Shown one piece after another: positions 18,496-30,140 of a DNA stretch of 32,000 nucleotides. Location of the stretch: positions 780,001 to 812,000 of the forward strand of contig OZ245768.1 in the NCBI GenBank assembly GCA_965227835.1, in the 5' to 3' direction. Source of the stretch: Candidatus Saccharimonadota bacterium. Lineage in GTDB: Bacteria; Patescibacteriota; Gracilibacteria; BD1-5; UBA6164. The notes under the pieces are model-generated. The model worked only from the letters and a program-made list of their open reading frames with translations. It had not been told where the DNA came from and ran no database searches. The stretch's first letter is position 1. Each line of letters opens with the position of its first letter. A program made the position numbers and the translations under genes.

Positions 18496-19161
18496 ATGCA
18501 AAAATCATATATTCCCAAAGCTTCCCAAGAAGAGTTTTGTGATTGAATTAATCTATGTAGTGTAAGGAAATGAAAAGACTGAATCTCAAAAATTTGAATA
18601 AAAGATTTATCATGAAATATCAAGGAAGATATATTGGAAAATATTATAAATTCTGATACTTACAATTGAAAAGATATTGTTAGAGTTTATTCGTCATGAC
18701 ATGTTTTTTTAAGTGAAAACAAAGAGAATGTTTTTCTTGTTACAACAGAAAAAAATTGAAAAATTCAACATCAATTTACTTGATGAAGTCCACTAGAAGA
18801 AGAAAACAAAGAAGTTATATATCAAAAAGATTGAGTTTACAAATTTGACATTGAAAAAGTTAGGATAAATGCAAAAATTAGAACTAAAAATAGAACATGA
18901 GTTGATGTATTGGAAGACTACAACGAGAATCCTCTAGTTGATTGGGCACTTATGGAAAATGAAGAAAATTGAATAATATATTACAAACTTGTTTGCTTAA
19001 TGCATTTTGTAGTAAAGAAATATGAATGAATATTATCTTTTTCTTGAGAAGAATACACTATATGATGAAAATGGTATAAAATTGATGATTTACCAAATAT
19101 ACAATTGGTTGCACCAAATGCATATATTGTCAGCAAAGAAGCTTTAAAAATAATAAATTAA
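18496..19161 (+). CDS. Hypothetical protein (221 aa)
   Basis: ATG at 18496, TAA at 19159-19161. The frame is continuous with about 20 TGA=Gly codons. No recognisable motifs. Confidence 0.55.
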
Positions 19162-19255
19162 GGGAGCATCTAAAAAATTCATATTATTCTTTTTAAAAGA
19201 TTTCTAATCTTATTTAAGTAGGGGCTAATATTTTTCAAAAATCATTTTTATTTTT

Positions 19256-19395
19256 AGTAGACAAAGAGCTATTAGCTCTTTGATCTTATATCTTCGTCAA
19301 CAGAAGGCTTTAGCCTTTTGATTTTTAATAGACAAACAGCTAAAGCTCTTTGTCTATTAAAATTTCGTACAAAACTATGCTTTAGCTCTTTTTCT
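19256..19395. repeat. Cluster of four related hairpin repeats (CAAAGAGCT..AGCTCTTTG family)
   Basis: caaagagctattagctctttg (19262-19282), cagaaggctttagccttttg (19301-19320), the long hairpin taatagacaaacagctaaagctctttgtctatta (19328-19359), and gctttagctcttt (19379-19391). The lead-in ta[g/a]tagacaaa[g/c]agct is shared at 19256 and 19328. Confidence 0.7.
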
Positions 19396-19466
19396 TGTAA
19401 TAAATTTCTCTCTTTAAAAAAGTTCACTAGTTTATAAAAATGATATTTTTAGATTTACATATTATA

Positions 19467-19874
19467 TTATTTTGAAGAATAAGGATCATTCATAACTATT
19501 TCATAAATATTAGAAAAAAACTGAAAAATCTCTTTTTTAATTTTCGGATCTATATAATTTTCTCATAAATGTTTTTCCCAATTAGAAAGAATAGAATCTA
19601 GATGAGCCTCTAAAAGAATTTCTTGTGAATCATCATTTTTTCATGAAATGTTTATTTCTTTTCAGTGAGGAACAGGAAAGTCAGAAAGTTTACCATCTTT
19701 TATATAATGTTTTCAAAGTGCTCTTATAGCAGTTTTTTTATATTTTTGCCTTATTAAAAGGGCTTTTTTATGTAAATTAGGATAGTTTTTTGTATCTGCT
19801 TTTTCCAAAATCCTAAGTCAACTCAATGCTCAACCTAGAACTTCTTGAAAATAATTTTCAAGTGATGAATACAT
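19467..19874 (-). CDS. Hypothetical protein (135 aa)
   Basis: ATG at 19874, TAA at 19467-19469. MYSSLENYFQEVLGGALSG... is continuous with TGA=Gly. No family recognised. Confidence 0.5.
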
Positions 19875-19901
19875 AGAATATATGATTAAAATATTAAAAA
19901 A

Positions 19902-19994
19902 TGGAGGAAGGGAGGGGATTCGAACCCCCGGTACAGCAAAAACCATACACACGCTTTCCAAGCGTGCTCCTTAAACCACTCGAGACACCCTTCC
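19902..19994 (-). tRNA. tRNA-Ser (anticodon GGA) with a long variable arm and an encoded CCA
   Basis: The reverse complement is GGAAGGGTGTCTCGAGTGGTTTAAGGAGCACGCTTGGAAAGCGTGTGTATGGTTTTTGCTGTACCGGGGGTTCGAATCCCCTCCCTTCCTCCA. Acceptor GGAAGGG/CCCTTCC; anticodon stem CACGC/GCGTG with loop TTGGAAA; T-loop GTTCGAATC. Confidence 0.88.
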
Positions 19995-20145
19995 ACTAAA
20001 AATAAACTCAAGGATAACTAAATATAAACAATTTTTGAATACATTCAATTTTTTTGCTTCAAAAGAAAAACAGAGAAAAATTTATTGCTTTTTTAAGAAT
20101 AATAATTATAAAAGTATGAAATTGGCTTAAAAAATAATAATTAAA

Positions 20146-20787
20146 AGTGATTAATAGTATTAAAAAGATTAAACCAATAGTGCTTTTTTGACTCATATAT
20201 TCAAAGAGTGCCATTGCTGAAACAAAATTAAGTTGCGAGAAAATATTTGATTATGATAACACTAAACTCTATGAAGAAGATTTATGAAGATACCAAGAAA
20301 TAGTTGATAATTTTATTAGTATAAACGTTATAAAATTCAAAGAGTGATTCTTAAATATGTATTTTTCAATTGAAAATCAAAAATGATTTTTTATTGGTAA
20401 AAATTGAGATATAAAATACATATTTGATATATCATCTGGAAATTCTGGTTTGTGAGGATTAAATTTTGATACTCCAAAAAATATCATAATAGATAAATCA
20501 GAAAATAAGTGGCATCAATATGCAGTAGAATCAGATGAATGAAAGTTTGGAGAAATATGAAGTATTATACTAAGTTTATGAGAATTTTACCAGGACAAAG
20601 AGTGATTTTTTTGAATAGAAGGGCAGATATATCAAGTAAAAGAAAATAAATGAAAAAAATATATAAAGAGAAATAGTTGAAGAAACTATACTCTCCCATA
20701 TTGATGAAATTTATTTTCATCAATACATACTACGACAAATTATGGAATAAGAAGATTATGAGAAAGGGTGTCAAGTTGATGTATTAG
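20146..20787 (+). CDS. Hypothetical secreted protein (213 aa); probable GTG start
   Basis: (V/M)INSIKKIKPIVLFG(TGA)LIYSKSAIAE is a signal-peptide-like N-terminus. I read the frame codon by codon from 20146 to TAG 20785-20787, with many TGA=Gly. The stop codon lies inside the IS5 target-site duplication. Confidence 0.55.
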
Positions 20788-20788
20788 A

Positions 20789-21994
20789 GGGACCTCTGCA
20801 ATATTGTTGAAAAGAACAAGAAAAAAGTGATTTTGAATAAAAATCACTTTTTTTGAAGAATATATAAGATAATTTCTATGAATTATGCCTTTTTTTAGGT
20901 ATAATTTCCAAATTTAGGCACAATTCACCTATTAGAAAGCTATATATACCTCCTTGCCAATAGTTCAAAATTATAAATAGCACAAGATAAAAACCAGTGC
21001 ATAGCATTCTTAACTAATCATCTATATCTTGTTTTATAATTTCAATATTTAGCCTTTAAAATAGAAAAAGGATGTTCTACTCTTGCCCTAATAGTAGATT
21101 TAATTCTATTTTGTTCTTTTTGATAAGAAGTCAACGGATTATTTCTAGATCATCTTTCATTGAACTCTCACTTAATTCATAACTCATCTAAAAATTTTAT
21201 TTTATCTTTACTTATATAGGCACTATCTCAATATGCCTCTTCACTCTCATCTCAAGTAATTAAAGTATCAGATAATTGTGAATCATGTATCTTAGCTGTC
21301 GTATATGTTGTATTCATTACAAAGTCTCCTCTCTTTGTTGTTTCAATATGAGCTTTATATCAATGATAACTTCTTCAATTCTTCTTTGTAAAACTAGCTT
21401 CCTTATCTCTTGTATTTTCTCATTTATTATTCTTTCTTCATTTTGGTGATTCTATTATAGTACCATCTTGAATAAATCACTTTTCTACTGTAAATCACAT
21501 TTCAGCTAAAATAAATTGAGTCATTGTAAATATAGTTTCCTGACTTCAGTTTTCTGATAATTCATTTCTAAATCTACATATTGTTGTTTCATCTGGTATA
21601 TCTTTAGATTCAGATATTCATAGAAACTTTTGAAAGCTATTTCTGTCTCTTATTTGATCTTCTATTTCCGGATCTGATAATCCATATAGTCATTGAAGAA
21701 ATAGTATTTTTAACATTTTTTGTATTTCCATTCTTGGTCTTCAAACTCATCAATCTGATATTTCTCTAGATAAATTAATTTTATTTGATATTGATTCCCA
21801 TGGGACTACTTTATCTAATTTTGTTAGAAACTTTTCTGTTCTTGTAATTCATAACTCATTTTGGAAATAATTCAAAAATGTTTGTTGTTCTTTAAATGGT
21901 GACATAATCATTAAAAAAAAATTAAAATATTTATCATATTTTAATCTTTTTATTATATTTTTGTAATTTAAATCTATCTTTTTGCAGAGGTCCC
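20789..21994 (-). mobile_element. IS5-family insertion sequence (1206 bp) with 13-bp perfect inverted repeats and a 4-bp TAGA target duplication
   Basis: GGGACCTCTGCAA at 20789-20801 matches the reverse complement of ttgcagaggtccc at 21982-21994. It is flanked by TAGA at 20785-20788 and 21995-21998. Confidence 0.85.
20940..21905 (-). CDS. IS5-family DDE transposase
   Basis: MSPFKEQQTFLNYF...GGVGRPRMEIQKMLKILFLQGLYGLSDPEIEDQIRDRNSFQKFLG...PDETTICRFRNEL...IQDGTIIESP...YHGYKAHI...TTAKIHDS...YGDSAYIS...RARVEHPFSILKAKYG.YKTRYRGLVKN. 321 aa, many TGA=Gly. Confidence 0.9.
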
Positions 21995-22074
21995 TAGAAT
22001 TAGTCAAAAAGTTAATGACCTTGTTTCAATATGTAGAAATAAAATATGATTATTAATGACTTGAGATTAAAAAA

Positions 22075-22674
22075 CTATCAAATCTTTTTTATAACAGCAG
22101 GAATTATATCTTCAATATTTTCAATATCTTTTGGAATATCAAGCAAAGCCTTTTCTATAGAATTTTTATCATAACCCATATTGGATAAAGTTGAGATAAT
22201 ATTGTCTTTTAAACTTTTAGAAGTTTTTTGTGCTTCATCTTCTCATTTAAAGTCAGATATATAAGTATTTTTAACAAAATCTCTATCTTTAAGTTCAAGT
22301 ATTATTTTTTCTGCCATCTTTTTTCAAATTCATTTAATTCACTCTATAACTCTATTATCTCACAAAGATATAGCTTTTATCAAGTTGTCTCATCACAAAG
22401 AAAGCATATATATAGCAACTTTTCATCAAATTCAAGATATTTTTATAAGCTCTTCAAAAACTTGTTTGTCTCTCTTTTCCAAAAAACCAAAAAGACTTTG
22501 AGAATTTTCACTAATACTATGATATACATAAAAAGCATATGTAGAGTTTAAAGACAAACTAGACAATATATTATCACTTATAAAAAGATCATATCAGACT
22601 CAAGAACTTGTAAAAACAATTATTTTATTTGACTCTATATCAATTACCTCTCAGTATATATAAGAAATTATCAT
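22075..22674 (-). CDS. ruvA: Holliday junction branch-migration complex subunit RuvA
   Basis: MIISYIYG(TGA)EVIDIE...GVGYDLFIS...LFGFLEKRDKQVFEELIKISG(TGA)IG(TGA)G(TGA)KVAIYMLS...IKGIGKKMAEKIILELKDR. 199 aa. Confidence 0.88.
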
Positions 22675-22828
22675 ATTTTTAAATAATATATAATCTAAAT
22701 TAAATAAGTTAAATTTAGTATATTTAGCTTAATAAAAAAAGCAAAAATCATAATTGATTTAAAAAACAATAAAAATATAATAAAAAAACTTTAAACTATT
22801 CTAACAATAACAAACTAAACAAACAAAA

Positions 22829-25435
22829 ATGATAAATGAAATACTTACAAAAATATTTGGAGATCCAAGCGAAAAAAAAGTAAGAATGTATGAGAGAAAA
22901 ATAGAAGAAATAAAAAAATCAGAAGAAAAATTCTCCAATTTTTCAAAAGATGATATAAAAAAGAAAACTCTAGAATTCAAACAAAAGTTTGAATGATTAA
23001 ATTTTGAAAACTGAGAAGATAAAGAAAAAATAACGGATATACTAGAAGAAATAAAATACGATGCCTTTGCTCTAGTAAAAACAGCATGTAAACTAATATA
23101 TGAGAAAGAATTTGAACTAAAAGAAGGAAAAAAAATTATATGGAATATGATACCCTATGATGTGCAATTGGTTTGAGCTCTAGCCATACACGAATGAAAT
23201 ATAGCTGAAATGAAAACCTGAGAATGAAAAACCCTAGTAGCAACAATGCCTGCTTATTTAAATTCACTAACTTGAAACCCAGTACATATAGTAACAGTCA
23301 ATGATTATTTAGCTAAAAGAGACTCTGAAGAAATGTGAATACTCTATGAAACTCTATGACTTACAGTATCTTTTGTAACTCATGATCAATCAAAACAAGA
23401 AAAAAAAGAAAGCTATAAAAAAGATATAGTGTATGCAACAAATAATGAACTTGGTTTTGATTATTTGAGGGATAATATGGTTATAAAAAAAGAAGACAAA
23501 ACCCAATCAAAACTATTTTTCGCAATAATAGATGAAGTTGATTCTATATTGATAGATGAAGCGAGAACACCTCTTATAATATCAATGCCCGATAATGAGC
23601 CTACAAGTAAATATATACAATTCGCACAAATAGCTAAAATGCTTGAAAAAACAAAAGATTATAAAATAGATGAGAAACAGAAAACAGCAACTCTTACAGA
23701 AGAATGAATACTTAAAATAGAAAAATTATTAAATGTAGAAAACATATATGTGTCTGAAAACTACAATGACCTACATCATATAGAAAATGCTATAAAAGCT
23801 CAATGAGTATACATAAAAGACAAAGACTATATAGTATCAAATAATGAAGTAAACATAGTAGATGAACATACTTGAAGGGTACTTTCTGGAAGAAGATATA
23901 GTGATTGATTACACCAAGCTATTGAAGCAAAAGAATCAGTAGATATAAAACAAGAATCAAAAACACTTGCAAGCATTACATTTCAAAATTATTTTAGAAT
24001 GTATCAAAAACTTTCTTGAATGACTGGTACAGCTAAAACAGAAGAAGAAGAATTTTATAAAGTATACTGACTTGAAACATTAGTTATTCCAACAAATAAA
24101 CCGACAATCCGTGAAGATAGAGATGATTTATTGTTTAAGAATGAAAAAGGTAAGTTTGATTATACAGTAAAACTTATAAAAGAAATTAATGAAACAGGTA
24201 GACCTGTGCTTGTATGAACTGTATCTGTGGATAAATCTGAATATATAAGTGATATTTTGATGAGAAATAAAGTGAGACACAATGTTTTAAATGCCAAATA
24301 TCACGAAAAAGAAGCTGAAATAATAAGAGAAGCTGGGCAAAAATGAGCTGTAACCATAGCTACAAATATGGCATGAAGATGAACAGATATAAAACTATGA
24401 GAAGGAGTAGCTAAGCTTTGATGATTATTTATAATAGGTAGCGAAAAACACGAAACAAGAAGAATAGACAATCAGTTAAGATGAAGAGCTGGTAGACAGT
24501 GAGATCCATGAACTACACAATTTTTGGTATCTCCAAGTGATGATATTATGAGAATATTTGGATGAGATAAAATGTTTTGATTATTCAATTCTCCATTTTT
24601 TTCAAGCTTACCGGATGATGAACCTTTACCTAGCTGACAAAGAATGCTTACAAGCAAGATAACAAGTGTTCAAAAACAAGTGGAATGACACAATTTTGAT
24701 ATTAGAAAACATGTGCTTGAATATGATGATGTGATAAATAAGCATAGAGATGTAATTTATTATAAAAGAAATAAGATAATTGATAGTGAGAATATTGATG
24801 AGGATGTAAAAGAAATGATAAATTCTCAAGTAAAAAAGCTTGTAATTTCGCAGTACAGCAAAGACTATAATTTGGATAAAGAGAAGCTAATAGAAAGAGT
24901 TAATCAGTTTTTGGAGTCAGATGTAATAACAGACAAAAAAGAAATATATGATATTTGTTCCATAGAAACTGGTGAAGATTCTGCAAAATACATATCTGAT
25001 ATAGCAATGAGAGAATTTGAAAAAATAAAAGATAAAGCTTCATGAGAAGAAGAATTTTTTGAATTAGAAAGAAAGATAGTTTTATCTTCTATTGATGAGT
25101 TATGGATGAGGCATATTGATTCTATGAGTAGGCTAAGGGAAGATGTGGCATTTGAATGATATGCCCAAAGACAGCCTTTGATAGTGTACAAAGAGAAGGC
25201 ATATATGAAATTTGAAGAAATGCTTTGAGAGTTGGAGTATAAGATTACAAAGATAATTTTTGCACTTGATAAAAGTGAGAATATAGAAAATATAAGCAGT
25301 AGAAAGGAATCTGTTTTTGATTCACAGTATATAAATGTATGAGTAGCCTATGAAAGTAATCCCTTATTTGCAAAACCTAGAAAATCACAAAATAGAAGAC
25401 CTCCTAGTAAAAAGAAGAATAAAATAAGAGTTTAG
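22829..25435 (+). CDS. secA: Preprotein translocase ATPase SecA
   Basis: [18 protein letters not shown]...[38 protein letters not shown]. The two Gly of the Walker A GEGKT are TGA at 23219 and 23225. Also [34 protein letters not shown] and TFQNYFRMY. 868 aa; TAG at 25433-25435. Confidence 0.95.
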
Positions 25436-25495
25436 AAGTCTTTATATTTAATTTGATTCTGGACATATTATAAAAACAAAAAAATAAAAAATTAC

Positions 25496-25523
25496 TTGAC
25501 AAATTTTAAAATAAAGTTATAAT
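25496..25523 (+). promoter_or_regulatory. Consensus sigma70-type promoter (TTGACA-N16-TATAAT) for small membrane cassette 1
   Basis: TTGACA at 25496-25501 and TATAAT at 25518-25523, followed by the GGAGG Shine-Dalgarno site and ATG 25586. Confidence 0.6.
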
Positions 25524-25585
25524 GTTCCACGTAACTTTTAAAGTTATCAAATTTAGTTCTTTTAAATTTAAAATGGAGGAAAATT

Positions 25586-25981
25586 ATGGATACTCTTATA
25601 ATTCTATTTCTTATTGCTTGCTTGATTGTACCTATTATTATATATGAAATTGTGAACCATTTTCAAAAAGGAGGAAAAGAGAAAGAAAATATAGTAGAAG
25701 AAAAAAAAGATATAACAAATGAGGTAATGGGGGAAGACTCTAACAGTAGTTTTCATCCTAGCATCTTAATTCCAATAGGTTTTGTATTAGTTCTGGTTGC
25801 ACTTATGATTGGAGCTACACAAGGTCCTACTGCGTCTGAAAAAGGAAAAATAGTGGTATATTTCATATTAGGATATTTTGGTTTTGCTATTGGTGCTGCT
25901 GTTATATTAACAACCATATTTTTTTTTATTGAAAAAATAACAAAAAAAAGGGGGAAAGAAAAGCAAGCTCAAACATGCTAG
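25586..25981 (+). CDS. Small three-TM membrane protein (131 aa) ending ...KQAQTC; cassette 1
   Basis: Intact ORF with no TGA (11 Gly, all GGN) and a strong GGAGG Shine-Dalgarno site. It shares about 40 nt of 5' flank and about 80 nt of 3' end and terminator with the cassette at 26241. Confidence 0.7.
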   Translation: MDTLIILFLIACLIVPIIIYEIVNHFQKGGKEKENIVEEKKDITNEVMGEDSNSSFHPSILIPIGFVLVLVALMIGATQGPTASEKGKIVVYFILGYFGFAIGAAVILTTIFFFIEKITKKRGKEKQAQTC

Positions 25982-26011
25982 AAAAAACTCTAGTCATATA
26001 GAGCTTCAATC

Positions 26012-26045
26012 AAAGAAGGACTTCCTGCAAAGGAAGTCCTTTTTC
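26012..26045. terminator. Intrinsic terminator (aaggacttcct-gcaa-aggaagtcctt + T-run); a copy recurs at 27192-27225
   Basis: An 11-bp stem followed by ttttctttt. Confidence 0.75.
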
Positions 26046-26240
26046 TTTTCTAAATTTATTTATTGAGTATCTACACCATATGCACAATATGTTATGAACT
26101 CACACATAACGGTATTTTTTGACTTTGTTCATAAATCATTATAATCCTGATTACAATCTTATTTAACTTAATTTAAAGTAAATATGAATATAAATATATC
26201 ATAAATTTAGTTCTTTATAAATTTAAAACAGGAGGAAATT

Positions 26241-26543
26241 ATGAAAGACAAAACATTTCGGAAAAAAGTTTGTAGGTATTTAGAATGTATTTTTAAAACT
26301 CAGACAGTAGGTGTAATGCCTGGTTTAGTAACAGTTTTACATATCTGTTACCTATACTTTGAAGGTCTAGATTTGTCTCTAGGAAGTAAGATGTTTGTTG
26401 GTTGTTTACTAACTATGTTTTGTGTTTGGATTACATATATTGTTCTAAATTGGATTTTAGAAGATATAAAAAAGTTAGTAAAAGAAGACGAAAAAAGGGA
26501 AGAACAGAATCTCTATCAAGAGATAAAAGCTCAAACATGCTAG
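26241..26543 (+). CDS. Small two-TM membrane protein (100 aa) ending ...IKAQTC; cassette 2
   Basis: Intact ORF with no TGA and a GGAGG Shine-Dalgarno site. The last codons and the following 30 nt (gctcaaacatgctagaaaaaactctagtcatatagagcttca) are identical to cassette 1. Confidence 0.7.
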   Translation: MKDKTFRKKVCRYLECIFKTQTVGVMPGLVTVLHICYLYFEGLDLSLGSKMFVGCLLTMFCVWITYIVLNWILEDIKKLVKEDEKREEQNLYQEIKAQTC

Positions 26544-26570
26544 AAAAAACTCTAGTCATATAGAGCTTCA

Positions 26571-27188
26571 GTAAATATCTACCAGTAGAACTGGTAGCTT
26601 TAAATGGAAGCCCCTAGAAGGGGCTAAAATAGTTTTTACCAGTTTAAATCTAACTGATTTCCATCAATGGTTTTATCCTTATGTTGCTGATGTTGAACAT
26701 AATTTTTTATCATATCCAAGTCAAGTCAAACTGTACTTACATAGTATCATCTACTCCAGAAATTCTTCGAGTACAGTCATTTCTTCTTACTATGTTTGTT
26801 ATGAAGTATTATTGCACTCTTTCATTTCAATCTTCACAGAATTTCTGCAACAGAGTATTTTGGAGATATCCTCAAAACGAGATGAACATGATCTATCGTT
26901 ATATTTCATTTTAATATCTCAAAATCATATCTCTTTGCAAGTTCATGAAATGTGTCTCGTATATCTTTTCTAACTGATTGAAAAAGTATTTTTTTTCGGT
27001 ACTTTGGTACCACCACTATGTGGTAAGTGCAGTCCCAATTCACATGGGACTGCTTTGCGTATTTGTGGGACATATCTTTAAAAAGTTATTCCCCTCCTAG
27101 GTGCTTCCTAGAAGATTATACACAACTACCGGAACGGTAAAACCTCCACTACTCGCACCAGCAGAGCTGGTGGTTTAGTGTTGGATTA
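26571..27188 (-). mobile_element. IS200/IS605-family (IS200-type, tnpA only) insertion sequence, about 618 bp
   Basis: The boundaries come from comparison with the uninterrupted paralogous site at 26001-26020: ...gagcttca|atcaaagaagg versus ...gagcttca|[IS]|attaaagaagg. Subterminal hairpins are at 26581-26597, 26609-26625 and 27156-27172. No target duplication is seen, as expected for this family. Confidence 0.8.
26636..27073 (-). CDS. tnpA: IS200-family Y1 (HUH) transposase TnpA
   Basis: MSHKYAKQSHVNWDCTYHIVVVPKYRKKIL...ITIDHVHLVLRISPKYSVAEILG.LKG.SAI...KNFWSRGYYVSTVGLD, with the HUH motif HVH and the catalytic-Tyr motif RGYY. 145 aa; TGA=Gly is needed at several codons. Confidence 0.92.
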
Positions 27189-27191
27189 ATT

Positions 27192-27225
27192 AAAGAAGGA
27201 CTTCCTACAAAGGGAGTCCTTTTTC
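27192..27225. terminator. Intrinsic terminator, a copy of 26012-26045; also serves the convergent gyrA
   Basis: aaagaaggacttcctacaaagggagtcctttttctt lies 17 nt from the gyrA stop. Confidence 0.7.
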
Positions 27226-27241
27226 TTGTTCAAAGATTTTT

Positions 27242-29755
<2,514 letters not shown>

Positions 29756-30058
29756 AAAAAAAAATTAAATATTTAACATAATTTATTAAAGATACTCTCT
29801 AGAGTTTTAGTATTATAAATTTCAAAACAATAACCCTAAATAAAAAATCAGATTTCAATTCTCTATCTAGCACAAGAACTATTCTTAATATCACTCATAT
29901 TTTAGATTTAGAAATTTAGAACAGGTAATTAAAATTCATATAAAGGTATCTTTAATTTTGTTTTAGGAGTATATTAAAAACTTGTGTTTAATCAAGAAAA
30001 AATAGTAAAAAATCCGTAAAGTGTATAACACCTTTTGTGATGAAAAATTAAAAAACAT

Positions 30059-30086
30059 TTGACAATATTAATTTAATTAATATAAT
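30059..30086 (+). promoter_or_regulatory. Consensus sigma70-type promoter (TTGACA-N16-TATAAT) for the glycine-zipper gene
   Basis: TTGACA at 30059-30064 and TATAAT at 30081-30086. A small hairpin (cacata..tatgtg) and an AAGGAG Shine-Dalgarno site precede ATG 30141. Confidence 0.6.
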
Positions 30087-30140
30087 ACATATAGTGCACA
30101 TAAGTTTATGTGTATTTAGTCTACCAAAAAGGAGTAAATT

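Noticed and set aside
25440-27240. Interpreting the small membrane cassettes as integron gene cassettes or a prophage lysis (holin) module
   Set aside because: There is no integrase, attI/attC-like imperfect inverted repeats, endolysin or other phage genes nearby. Each cassette has its own promoter, unlike integron cassettes. The flanks are housekeeping secA and gyrA.
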